Made by a program: the position numbers and the translations under genes
Shown: one piece after another, positions 11,881 through 24,500 of the stretch
Layout of the letters: each line of letters starts with the position of its first letter
How positions within the stretch are numbered: position 1 is the first letter of the stretch
Origin: Trypethelium eluteriae
Taxonomy: Eukaryota
Assembly (NCBI GenBank): GCA_051942245.1
Contig: JAVECL010000050.1
Span: 1-64,000, forward strand
DNA: 64,000 nucleotides
Reading direction: 5' to 3'
Notes under the pieces: generated by a model
What the model was told of the DNA's origin: nothing
The model's database searches: none
What the model saw: the letters and a program-made list of their open reading frames with translations, nothing else

Positions 11881-12287
11881 CGGGATGGCCAGCCAGACGA
11901 CCGCTTTCTCCCAGATGGCCTTGCTACATAGGTACATGTGCATATATATTCATGAAAAGCAACTAGAGCGATTTTTGATTACCATTCCTACATGCATGAA
12001 AGTCCTTGCTGACAACTTCTTAGGACACAAAAGTCAGACTTGGCCACACGAGTCGGTGAGGCCAGCGGAGGAAGCTCTTCTGCTTCGGTCCTGGTTCTCC
12101 GACTGTGCCTCAATATCGCAGCGGATATTCGGTCATGACGCCTTCACAAATATTCAGACTTAGTCCGTAGATGATGGCATATCCTTTTTGTATATATGAG
12201 CGCAAGTAACGGCGTCATGTCATGCTGTTGCTACCACCAGACCTTATTCTCATCGCAATCGGCCATTTTTAGCATTCTCTCTTCAAC

Positions 12288-15200
12288 ATGAAGATCAATG
12301 AGCCCATTGCCATTGTGGGTAGTGGATGTCGCTTAGCAGGTAACAGTGACTCACCCTCGAAGCTATTGCAACTACTTCGCGAACCCCGGGACGTCCGTCG
12401 AGAGATCCCTCAGGATCGATTCAGTGTCCAGGGCTTCTATCACCCAAATGGAGCTTACCACGGTCATAGTAACGTCCAGCATGCCTACTTATTGGAAGAG
12501 GACCCAAGCTGCTTTGATACCGAGTTCTTTGGCATTAAACCAATCGAGGCCAAGTCAATGGATCCCCAGCAGCGTCTCCTTCTGGAGGTTACATATGAAG
12601 CAATCGAAGCAGCTGGTATGACCATTGTGGGCCTCAATGGGAGTGACACAGCTGTTTTCGCTGGACTTATGACCAATGATTATGGCATGATGCTTACTCG
12701 CGACCTCGCACACGTACCAATTTACCATGCAACCGGGGTTTCCTCCGCTATCGTCTCTAATAGGATCTCTCATTTTTTTGATTGGCATGGGCCTTCAATG
12801 ACGATTGATACAGGATGCTCTGCAAGCCTTGTTGCTCTTCATTTAGCAGTCCAATCGCTTAGAGCCGGTGAATGTAGGATGGCTTTGGCCTGTGGCACAA
12901 ACTTAATTCTTGGCCCCGAATATTTTATTGTTGAGAGTAAGTTGCAAATGCTCTCTCCAGATGGTCGAAGTAAAATGTGGGATCAGAACGCCAATGGATA
13001 TGCACGTGGAGATGGCATTACGGCTGTTGCTTTAAAAACCTTAAGCGCGGCTGTTGCCGATGGGGATCACATCGAGTGTATTATTAGAGAAACCGGGATA
13101 AATCAGGATGGCTCAACTCCAGGTATCACTATGCCTAGCGCGACTGCTCAGGAGGCTTTGATCCGTACCACATATGCTAAAGCAGGCTTGGATTTACGGC
13201 TTCAGAGCGATCGCCCCCAGTATTTCGAAGCGCATGGTACGGGCACTCCAGCCGGTGATCCTATTGAAGCCGAAGCCATTCGTGACGCCTTTTTCAAGGA
13301 TTCTTCGACTGATAGTAACAGGAAGAATCCGGGAGAACATCCCCTATACGTTGGCTCCATCAAGACAGTCCTTGGGCATACGGAGGGTTCTGCAGGAATT
13401 TCAGCGATTCTCAAAACATCGCTGGCCATCCAAAACTCCACCGTTCTGCCAAATTTACTGCTCGACCGGATCAGTGACCGCGTGGCACCCTTTTACGACA
13501 ATCTTGAGATTGCCCAGTCTGCTAAACCATGGCCCGAGCTTGCCCCGGGGCAGGTAAGAAGAGCAAGCGTCAACAGCTTTGGTAAGGACCAAACCACTTT
13601 CTAGAAACCGTACCATATGCCTGACATCCTAGGAAGGTTTCGGTGGGGCCAACGCGCACGCTATCTTGGAAAGTTACGAAGAGCCTATTCAGAAGGCCGA
13701 CTCATGTAGCGACTTGCCTCTTTTCACGCCATTTGTCTTCTCAGCCTCCTCGGAGAAAGTCCTGAAGGCAACTCTCACGGCACATGCAACACATTTCTCC
13801 AACACGCCAACTATTGATACTGGAGATCTAGCCTGGACGCTACGTCAGAGACGAGCCCTCTTACCATACCGGATCTCTATCGCCGCGAGCTCAATCGCCG
13901 ACCTTGCTACTAAGATTTTTAGCCAGTTGCAACAGAATGGTACGACCATCAGCATAAAGGCGTTACCGGTACCTAAGCCTGGTAATACGCAACGAATTCT
14001 CGGAGTCTTCACTGGCCAAGGCGCGCAGTACGCTCGTATGGGAGCTGAGCTGATCGAACAGTCTCCTGTGGCTCGGGCCATCATCGAGAATCTGGAATTG
14101 ATGCTTACTGAGCTTCCTATTGATGATCGACCAACGTGGTCTTTGCAAGCCGAGATACTGGCTGACGCCGCATCTTCTCGAGTTCATGAAGCCACAATCT
14201 CTCAGCCCCTATGTACCGCGGTTCAGATTCTGGTAGTTGACTTGCTGCGGCTCGCTAAGGTAGAGTTTGCCGCTGTGGTTGGTCACTCTGCTGGTGAAAT
14301 TGCTGCAGCCTATGCAGCCGATTTCCTTACAGCTCGCGAAGCCATCTGTATTGCTTATTACCGCGGCATGCATCTCCGTTCAGCCGTGAGTCCCCGCGGG
14401 ATCAAAGTACCAGGAGCGATGCTGGCTGTGGGAAGCTCGATGGAGGCCATGAGCAAGCTATGCGCTACTCAGGGATTTGCTGGTCGAATTTCGGTTGCAG
14501 CTAGTAACTCCTCCACTAGCGTCACAGTAAGCGGAGACGAAGATGCCATCGTTGAATTGCAGATCATGCTCGATGGTGAGAAGAAGTTCAATCGGCGTCT
14601 GAAAGTCGACAAGGCGTACCACTCAGCGCACATGATACCGTGTTTCGATCCCTATATCAACTCGCTCAAGACTTGTGCGCGTACTCGACAGGTTCAGGCA
14701 GCAACAAAGTCGTGTCTATGGTTCTCTAGCGTTTACGACAAGCGCGTCGATTCGTGTGTGGGTGTATCCGCAGCTTATTGGGCTGAGAATATGGTGAAGC
14801 CAGTCCTCTTCTCCCAAGCGCTTACTAGGGCATCTATCGAAACGGACTTCGATATTGCACTTGAGGTTGGTGCACACCCGGCTCTTAAAGGACCCGCCAG
14901 TCAAGCAATTGGAGATACGCTCTCGCCTGAGTCTAAAATCATTCCGTATGTCGGAACGCTCGATCGTGGTAGTTCTGCAATTGACGCTTTCTCCACGAGC
15001 CTTGGCCGTCTGTGGTCACATCTTGATCACAGCGCAATCAGCCTCGATAGCTATGAAAGAGCTATGCATGGTGATAAGGGGAAATTTAGTGTTGTCAAAG
15101 GATTACCTTCATATCCATGGGACCATAGCACTAGCTACTGGCATGAAGCACGAGCCTCTCGAAGCATGAGATTGAGAAAGCAAAAAGTTCACTCACTATT

Positions 15201-18200
15201 AGGAGACATGACGCCGGACAGTACTCTCCATCACCTCAGTTGGCGGAATCTACTGCGCATTAAAGAGATGGAATGGCTTTCTGGCCATGAAATCCAAAGC
15301 CAAGCAGTCTTCCCGGCCGCGGGATATATCTGTACCGCTCTTGAAGCCTCACGTCTGCTTACTGAGGACAAATCAATATTTTTGATTGAGCTCAAAGATT
15401 TCGTCATCCACCAAGCCGTTGTTTTGCCAGAGGACGACGCGGGCGTCGAGGTTCTGATTGAGTTGGTAGATATTTCCACCGCTCGAACAGGTTGCTTGGA
15501 AGCCAAATTCACGTACTCTGCTGCTCTTGGAGCCAATGTAGAAAGCTTAACGCTTGCAGCCAGTGCGAGTGTGGTGGTTAAACTCGGAAATCCCTCGATG
15601 TCAATCCTTCCCGAAAGTCCCACTGGCTCAAAGTTGACACATGCAACCAATGTCGACACCAAGAGCTTCTACTCAGCTATGGCAGATATCGGGTATAACT
15701 TTAGTGGCCGCTTCTGCTCACTATCGCAACTCACTAGAAAGCATCGGAAGTCTTCTAGCTTGGTAAGAGTAGAGCCTTCAGACACTGAGGGCGAGTCTCT
15801 TCTCCTTCATCCCGCAGAATTTGATGCCGCATTCCAAGCTGTCCTTTTGGCCTACAGCTATCCCAGTGATGAGCAGCTTAGCACTCTGCATCTCCCAACC
15901 ATGGTTCGCCATATCCGAGTCAACCCCGCGTTATGCAATTCTTGCGATAAGGAAGTGGCTCAATTCGTCTCAATTGAGAGTGCCCTTGTCCCTGGAGTTG
16001 TCGGCGAGACTGGAATTGTAGCAGATGTGAATTTCTACTCAAGTTCTTCTTCCAACGCGATGGTACAGCTCCAGGGCGCGAAGCTTGTGCCGCTGGGTGG
16101 ACCGGCTTCCAAGGAGGGTGACAAAAACCTCTTTTCGACGGTGCATTGGATTTATCGCAGTCTGAATGGTTCAAGCCATACTGCCGTAGATCAACATCAG
16201 CGTGATGTCATGAAGGTGCTGGAGAGGATTTCAACATTTTATCTTCGAGAGTTTGATCGACAAGTTTCCTCTGACCACTTAGCTCGATCTGAACGACCGC
16301 TCAGCTTCTATCTGGATCATGCTCGACGCACGACATCCCTTATCGATAGTGGCGGCCATGGATGGGCGACTAAGGCGTGGACAAAAGATACTCTACACAG
16401 TGTGATGGACGCAAGTAGTAAGTTCTCCGAGTTGCCAGATGTGCGCCTTATGCATCTTGTGGGCAAACAAATGCCGCGCGTATTCAGAGGGGAGACTACG
16501 ATGTACGAAGAGTTTCGCCGGGCTAACCTTCTGGGCGATTACTACACCAACGGAGTTGTGATCCAAGCATCGGCTTCATGGATCATTGGAATAATGAAAC
16601 AGATCGTGGATCGTCTTCCTCACATGAACATATTGGAGATAGGTACGTTCTGAAGTCTCTTCTGCATAAGGTCATAGCTGGCTGATGTTCGGGAAAGGCG
16701 CTGGGGCAGGAGAGGCCGTGACACAGAGGTTCCCTCATGCTATCAGCAATACTTTCTCCAGCTATACCTACGCCAACATCTCCGGCTCGGTCCAGGAGGA
16801 CGGATCGGCTTTCTTCACTCAACCAAATGACCCAAAGCCTTTTCGGACCTTTGACGCCGAGCTGGATCCTTCCAGTCAAGATTATGTCGAGGGCTCCTAT
16901 GATCTAATCATTGCGTTTTGGGTGGTTCACGCAACGAGTGATATGTAAGCAACAAGCGATTTCCTACTCCATCGCCTATGGCCGACAAGATTGAGGGACC
17001 ACGACCTTGCCTTGAACCGGTGCAATTGCCACCCTCTTGGATATTCTCAATTTGTTGAAGACATCAAATATTTAATGCTTGGTTTAATACCGAGCATTCG
17101 GAGTTCATCATTCGAAATAATCACAGAATTTTGAAGGCCAAGTGGTCCGGTGAAAATGAAGTGGCTTGTCAAGTTTGCCAACCATGAGTGTACCTTGCCG
17201 AAATCCCGATAAAAAGACAGGTGATTACAGAAGTTCTACATCTGCCGAAGAAAAAAGTCCCTTTAAGCCCATCATTTTCCCAACTCTTTATCTCGAGACT
17301 TTCCTGATTAGGCAATTCTGACTCATTGGTATTGTGTAGGGAGCTAACTTTGCGTAACCTCCGGAAACTCTTGAAGCCAGGAGGATATCTCATCATCAGT
17401 GAGGGTAGCTACAATAGCAGCGGTGGTGATGGCGGTCTCAACTTTGTTTTTGGGACATTGCCAGGGTGGTGGTTAGGCGCTGATCAAGGGCGGACGTTAT
17501 CGCCATACCTATCCACTGCAGAATGGGACCAGCTTCTGAAAACTACCGGATTTTCTGGTATCGATGTGGCTCCTCCAATGGAGCTCGCTGACGCTTTTGG
17601 GGTGTCAGTCTTTGTTTCTCAAGCTGTTAATGATCAGGTCAGCTTCCTCAGGAATCCTATTTGCATGCAATCTTTGGGCTCTCCGATCCAGAATTTGGTT
17701 GTTGTTGGAGGTCTTACGCCTCGGAGCTTTCATCTCGTTGAAGGTCTCCACAACGTTCTGTCGGTATCGATAGAAAATATTCATCGCTTTGGGTCCCTTG
17801 AAGATGTCGACTATTCCATCATCGACCAGCGAACTACTGTATTGAGCCTGACGGAACTTGACAAGCCAGTGTTTCTTGATATGACGGCAGCAACATTCTC
17901 GGCTTTCAAGCAGATGTTCGAGACCGGGAAGAATCTTTTATGGGTCACGAGTGGGCGGTTGAAGGATCAGCCATATTCGAACTTAACTCTGGGATTTGGA
18001 AGGACAGCTCTGGTCGAAACGCCAGATCTACGCCTGCAACAGCTGGATTTTGCAGATCCTCAGGCGATTGATCCTTTATTTGTAGCTCAGACTCTTTTGC
18101 GCTTCGCATCGGTAGTCCCCGAAACAGTCGTGTGGACAGTAGAGCCGGAGATCGTTGTTGATGCTTCAGGCTGTGAGCTAGTTCCGCGTCTGAAGCCTGT

Positions 18201-21200
18201 TTCCCTTTTGAACGACCGTTATAACTCTTTGACGCGCGAGACCAAGCGACTGGTCAACCCCAAAGAGTCTGCCGTCACCCTGGAAATAACCGGAAATAGC
18301 TGCACTGTCAGGGAATCAGCGGCGTCATACGGATTCGAGAATCCGCCTGAGCCTTTTCTTGACCTGCATGCGGTATATTCAACTCCGACTGCCATAAGAA
18401 CCACCCTTGGCCACCAGTTCCTTGTCTTATGCCAAGAAGCGTCTACTGATGCCACTTATCTAGCGCTTGTATCCTCACTAGCATCGACTTATAGACTTCC
18501 AGTAGCGTCTGTGGTCCGTTATGGCACTGTTCAGTCATGTGACGCAGCCTTGCTCAGTCGGTTGGCAGCTCATTTGGTCTCCATCGCCCTCTTCGATGGT
18601 GTATGTGCCGGCCAGACTGTGGTTGTGCACAATGCTGTAGAGCCACTCGCCACGGCACTGAAATCTCAAGCATCTGCGCGCGATCTCAACCTCTTTTTCA
18701 CAGCAGATTCAACAAACACCGCAGCATTCGGATTGAGTCTCAAACTCTTGCCATACTTGACTCAGTATGAACTTAGCCAGATCTTACCAAAGCGCATCTC
18801 ACTTTTCGTTGGGCTTTCGACTTCTGATGCTCAAAGATGGGAGAACGAGACGGAGATCATGTCATATCTCCCATCACACTGCCGTAAGGAATCCGCAAGT
18901 ACAATCTATGCTCGTCAGGGATTGTCAAATAGCGCTCTCGCTGTAGACGTCCTTCGAAGTGCTCTCAATAATTTTACTAAGGGCGATCTCGTTAATTTGC
19001 AACAGGCTCACCTGGTGACCGGTCCGGTTGACGTAGGCAGTCTTTTGGAAGGGACTCTTCCAGCAGATCAGCTGACAATTATCGACTGGGCGACCTGCAA
19101 TTCGCTGCCAGTCACAATCTCCAGACTTGACACCCAGCAACTTTTCGGTAACGATAAGACGTATTGGATCGTTGGCTTGTCCGCCGCCCTTGGGGCTTCA
19201 CTTTTCGACTGGATGATTGAGCGTGGGGCAAGGAATCTTGTTTTCACCAGCAGAAGGCCTCAGCTGAGCCCTGCCTGGATTGAATCGCACAAGTGTAATG
19301 GGGTCACGATCGCAGTGGTTGCTTGGTGAGCTTCCAGGTCAAACCTCCTTCCCAACTGCTGATGGATTCATAGCGATATAACCGACGAGACTGCCCTCCA
19401 ATCAGCACATTCGGCTATCAGTGCAAGTCTACCTCCTATCGCCGGCGTCTTGAATGGCGCCGCGCTCTTCAGGGACACATCGATTCTCAAGATGTCCTTC
19501 GATCAACTCAACGACGTCCTTCAACCGAAAGTCCTTGGAACTCTGTACTTAGATCGCATCTTCCACGATCAACATCTCGAGTTCTTCATTCTCACCTCTT
19601 CAATTACTGGTGTTCTTGGCAGTGTAGGCCAGGCAAACTACGCTGCAGCAAACACCTTCATGTGTGGCCTTGCTGCCCAGCGTAGGAAACGTGGTCTTGC
19701 TGCCACCGCAGTCAACCTAGGAGCCATTGCTGGGATCGGGCTACTGGAAAGGAGTGATAAAAAGGTCTTAAAGTCGATTACCCAGAGACTATCTTCGATG
19801 CCCATCTCGGAAGGGGACTTTCACCAGATTTTCGCCGAGGCTATCGAAGCCGGTCGTCCTGACTCTGCTCTCTGCGGGCCGGAACTTACCACAGCTCTTC
19901 GTGCCACCTCAATAGACACGCCCAATGCTCCTGCATTCTTCTCGAACCCTATGTTCTCGCACTTTCTTTTGACAGAAATAGACCAGCAAAAGATGTCGCA
20001 GAGATCGAATGCGGCCAAACCAATCAAGGAATTGCTGACAGAGTGCAAGACAGAAGATGAGCTTCAGAGCATCATCAGAGGTATGTTCATTCGAAAAGTG
20101 CAACTCTTCCAGATCTGGAGCAGGGCTAACTATTGTAGGAGCATTTTCCAATGAGATACGCAAGACCTTGCAAACGACAATTGCCGACGACGATCTAATG
20201 GCCATGCGTAGCGCCGAACTCGGTATCGACTCGCTCGTCTCTATAGACCTGCGGACCTGGTTCACGAAGACTCTGAAGATCAACATGCCAGTGTTGAAGG
20301 TTATGAGCAATGACACACTGGCAAATTTGGTTCTCTTCGCAGTGGAAAACGTGCCCTCGGAGCTGGTACCAAAAATTGCAAGTCGAGCCACGTCTAAAGC
20401 ATTGGTCAATGGAAGTGACGTACCCATGGGGAACGTCGAAATTGACTGGGACGCGGAAACTTGTCCACCGGTGGATTTGGCCGAGCAGACATTTGCACCC
20501 GCAGGTGCAGCCATGGCTATTTTAGATGCAAGTTCAGTCCTCTTGACCGGGGTCAGTGGTTTGCTGGGGCGTCATATACTCGCAGCTCTGCTGGAGCAGC
20601 CATCGATCAAGAAGGTCACCTGTATCGCTGTACGACGACTTGAGGAGAGGCTGGAAAGCGGGGAGCTGCCACGGGATGACCGCGTAGTTTACTACGCAGG
20701 TGAGCTTGCTAAACCAAGGCTCGGCCTCTCCAAGGAAGACGCAGCAATGATTTTCGAAGAAGTGGGAGCAGTCATCCACAACGGTGCTGACACGTCTCAT
20801 CTCAAATCATACTTCGACCTGCGGTCGGCCAATGTCAATTCCACGATCGAACTCGTCCGTTTGTGTCTGCCACGCAGCATCCCGCTGCACGTCGTATCCT
20901 CAAATGCCGTAGGGCGATATTCCAACAAGGCGGAGATAGGCGAGGTGCCCATCAACTCACCGGGAGCGCCAAGGCCGCCAACGGACGGGTCGTCAGGGTA
21001 TCGATCGACCAAGTGGGCTATCGAGGGGTTGCTCGAGCGGGTGCATCAGTCCTATAGCCTACCAATATGGATCCACCGTCCCTCGACCATTATTCGCGCT
21101 GGTAGGGACGCAGAGGGGCTAGCTGCGCAGCTGGACTGGATGAATGCTCTGATCTTGTATATGGACAAGCTGTCGGCGGTGCCCAAGGTGAACCACGTGA

Positions 21201-21535
21201 AAGGCTTCCTGGACCTTGTACATGCGCGGACTGTCTGTACTGGCATTGTTACCCATGTGCTGAAGGGCGAACCATCCGGTGGCGCAGGTAAGGTTTTGTA
21301 CGTGCATCACATGGGCGATCTCCTGCTCCCGCTTGCGCGATTGGAGGACATTAGTAAGGGATCGGGCCGCGAGTTTCGACAGTTGCAGAGGGAGGAGTGG
21401 ACTGCTGAGGCGGTTGCGGCTGGCATGCATCCAGCGGTCGTGGTGTTGATTGAAATGATGGATGCGCCTGGTTTGAAGGGCCCCCCGAGGTTTGTCAAAG
21501 GACCTGGCTCACCTTGGGAGCCCCTCCCAAATTAA
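12288..21535 (+). CDS. Iterative reducing type I polyketide synthase with C-terminal reductase domain (KS-AT-DH-cMT*-ER0-KR-ACP-R), 6 exons, 2878 aa
   Basis: Exons 12288-13581, 13637-16642, 16698-16944, 17340-19325, 19374-20080, 20139-21535 sum to 8637 nt in frame. [127 protein letters not shown]. Confidence 0.95.
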
Positions 21536-24500
21536 GTAAGATCTTGTAGACGAACCCTCTTCAGCACAAGAAGGCTGCATTTTCATTTATACACCCATTA
21601 CTGGTAGTTTGAGACGTTGTGGATTTGTCAATAGGATTGTCTTGAACGTAGTAGTCTGTCCTTTGGTTCCAGTAGGCAACCCTACACTGAAACAGGCGCG
21701 TGCGGCGCGCAAGATAGAGTAGCGTGTGGAAGACTCGCTGAGACCTCGTGCGCCCAACATCAAGGCGAGGATTAAAGCATATCCGTATCGCCGAAAGAGC
21801 CTACATTACCTCAGCTCCAGGCGTCGAAGTCTTTCGCACCATTTTTGAGAAGCAAACTCGGCAGATGATCTTTAGCAGTACAGCGCTAGGCTGAGACTTC
21901 CCGAGCAGACTCCGCAGAAAGTTGGCCGTGTCGATCCAGCTGCCATGCCCTCTGGCATGTCTCTAGCAGCCATTCGTAAGGCCGGCTTCTAAGCACCATA
22001 TGCTTCGCGCTCATCAAGTGTCGGTTGCGTTTCAGACGTCGCGCGAACATGTTGTCGCACGAAAGCATGACTCCGCACTGTGACCCCACGTTCTCGATGC
22101 GATAGAGTAAGTGGTGGGGTGCAATTTCAATTTTAGATAAGAAGACGATCTGCTGGGACAAGGCTCTTAGTTGGGATCTGGAATGATAGTGGCAAATGTG
22201 ATGAAGAGTTCAAAATAATTACAACGGGAGTAATGATGAAAAGGGATCGAGTCCCCAGGGGTACCAGCAAATGTGGCTTGGCGTCCAAATGTCTGGCCTT
22301 GTTTGGGACCTACCTACGCACGAGGAAGATTCTGCCAGCAGAAATGAGTCCGATCACGTGAAGAATAAATACAGGTATACCTCAAGCTCCTACCTGTGGG
22401 CTAGTGCAGCGACTGTCGGATAATGAGCTATCTCGGGTACTCTAGGTACGCGTGCACAACGTGCTGCTAGCTTCGGATAACCATCAATCGGGTTGGCTAA
22501 TTCTCCCATCTTTCAATGCACTTTTTGGTGAGGGCCGTCCCGTCCAATGAGCCGCAAGCAAGGCGACATGCTGAGGTCCGAGCCTACACTGTAGGCCTGA
22601 TGGGGATGAATACATTTTATGAGGTGACACATTTGTCCGAGGTAAGTATTCACTGCACCTTGAGCTTCGCCGCTCAATGGAATCGGTGAAGGACTTTGCA
22701 AGCATCTCCGCCTCGCCTATGAAGTCGCATACACTGCTTCTGTGCATGCGCGGAGTGCATACTGCGATGTCAGAGTCTAGCCGAGCGGTCTGTACCAGGC
22801 AGAAAAAAGATAAATTGGAGCTAGTTGCCCGACGCATATCCATTCTCTCGGATAAAATTGGAGAATATGAAAGACCAGTGGGGAATCTTTACTCTCGTTG
22901 GCCGGGGAGATCGAAGATTCGTAGACGTAAGGATGATTGAATTTTGGTGGAGTAGTACCGTGAATCTCGAATTTCGTCTCAAAGCACATTTGCTCCCATG
23001 TCCTGCTTTGCGCTCGCTGGGCGTTGTTCGGTCCCCTCGTAAGCGCACAGGAAGTCGTTGGCGTGACAAGGCCGATGCACTTCTCACAGGCCACAGCACA
23101 GCTATAAGACTATAAGGTCGTGATCATAGATATGTCTGTTGGCTTCTGGAGGTACGGCACTTTAAGGGGCCATCGTTTATGCGGCCAAACGGACTAAGTG
23201 GCTAGGCCGTAGGATCTCTCGTTATCTCGGCCCGGACTATCGTTATGCCGCCTGATGCAATCGACGGCGTTTCGGTATAGACTAGAAGAACGAGCTCTGC
23301 GACGAAAAGATGAACGCAAGCACCTCTCCCAGACCAGCCTACGTGGACAACTTCCGGTATGATGTTTTGCAGATTGACCCGACGGAAACCTTGCGCGATG
23401 CTCGTCTTCGGAAGAATCATCTTGACTAGCGAACCATAGGCTTAGAGCTTACTTAAAGAGCTCCCCAAATATAGGGGGATCTATGAGAGAAAGCGACCCC
23501 TCATTCTCCATGGATCATAGATGAAAGGGCGTCTACTTCAGTCCGTGCTGTGGACTTAACTTCGCTTGTGTGGACCCTGGAACTCTGTCTCACCATGCTC
23601 GCCCGGTCTTGCAAGACCTGTTACAAATTAGCTCGCGCAAATGAGTCGATCACTTCCCATCATCGGTCTTGCTCTGTGGGGGCTTTTGGCCTAATTGACT
23701 GGAGATTCGAAAGTAGAAGGCTTACTTGTGAATGATTGTCTCATCTATTCCCAGAAGTGCCGCGAGATGTGAAGAGCTCGGAAGCTTGTATGTGGTATTT
23801 CCAACCTTTTCCTGCCCTTTGTATAATTCCCGCTCTCCTACAGCCTCTTGTCTTGCTTGAAGGAGCCTCATGTGGCTTCCGTCGAGATCAATAGGTGAAT
23901 TCGGGAAAGACTCGATCGCTAGGCAAGCTCCGAGTGCCTAACAAAGCAATCGCCTACAAAGTCAGCATCGAGTATGACTCGCTGTAGCGATATCTTACCG
24001 GACGTTAAGCGTGGAGGACTGCAGGAGCCTGTCCCTCGTATATCTCGGCAATGTGCAACGTCTATGGCGTGGCTGGAAAGACTGCGAACGTAGCTGGCAA
24101 GACGTGCGTAGGAAAGAGTCGAAAATAAATTCATCACGTAGACTAAGGAGCATCCCGAATGCTTTGAGGCACATATCCAGCACCACTGTGCGACCGATGA
24201 CCAGCGTAGATGACCAGGTTCCCTTGGATCGGCGGACATCCCAAAGAAACTGGGTTGCAACGCCATTTTCTCGACATAAGGAACTACAACGATCCTTCAA
24301 CAATGAATTCGAACCCATTTTTCCTGTATGGACCTGCTTGGAGGTCCCGAGACGACATTTCACGCTGGCCATCGGATGCGCCTTCACGGTGTACGATGTC
24401 TCGGGTGCGAGCTCGCGAATGGAAGACGTGTGTGGGGTATGGTGGAAACTTTGGTGCTAACTTTGGTGTTCTCAGTGAGGGTTGGAATGCCGCCGGCGGC

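Noticed and set aside
11837..12163. 108-aa ORF starting MAAKVAAEAAAEVA
   Set aside because: The Ala-rich start is simply the translation of the 12-bp tandem repeat; the rest is featureless PKS promoter sequence.
13582..20138. PKS split across several ORFs, suggesting a pseudogene or multiple genes
   Set aside because: Every break is explained by a GT-AG intron that restores frame and conserved motifs ([21 protein letters not shown]).
23995..24460. Overlapping 130-149 aa ORFs on both strands; the minus one faintly resembles a dsRNA-binding-like motif
   Set aside because: No convincing start or splice model, the motif is incomplete and competing ORFs of similar length exist; cannot be supported without a search.
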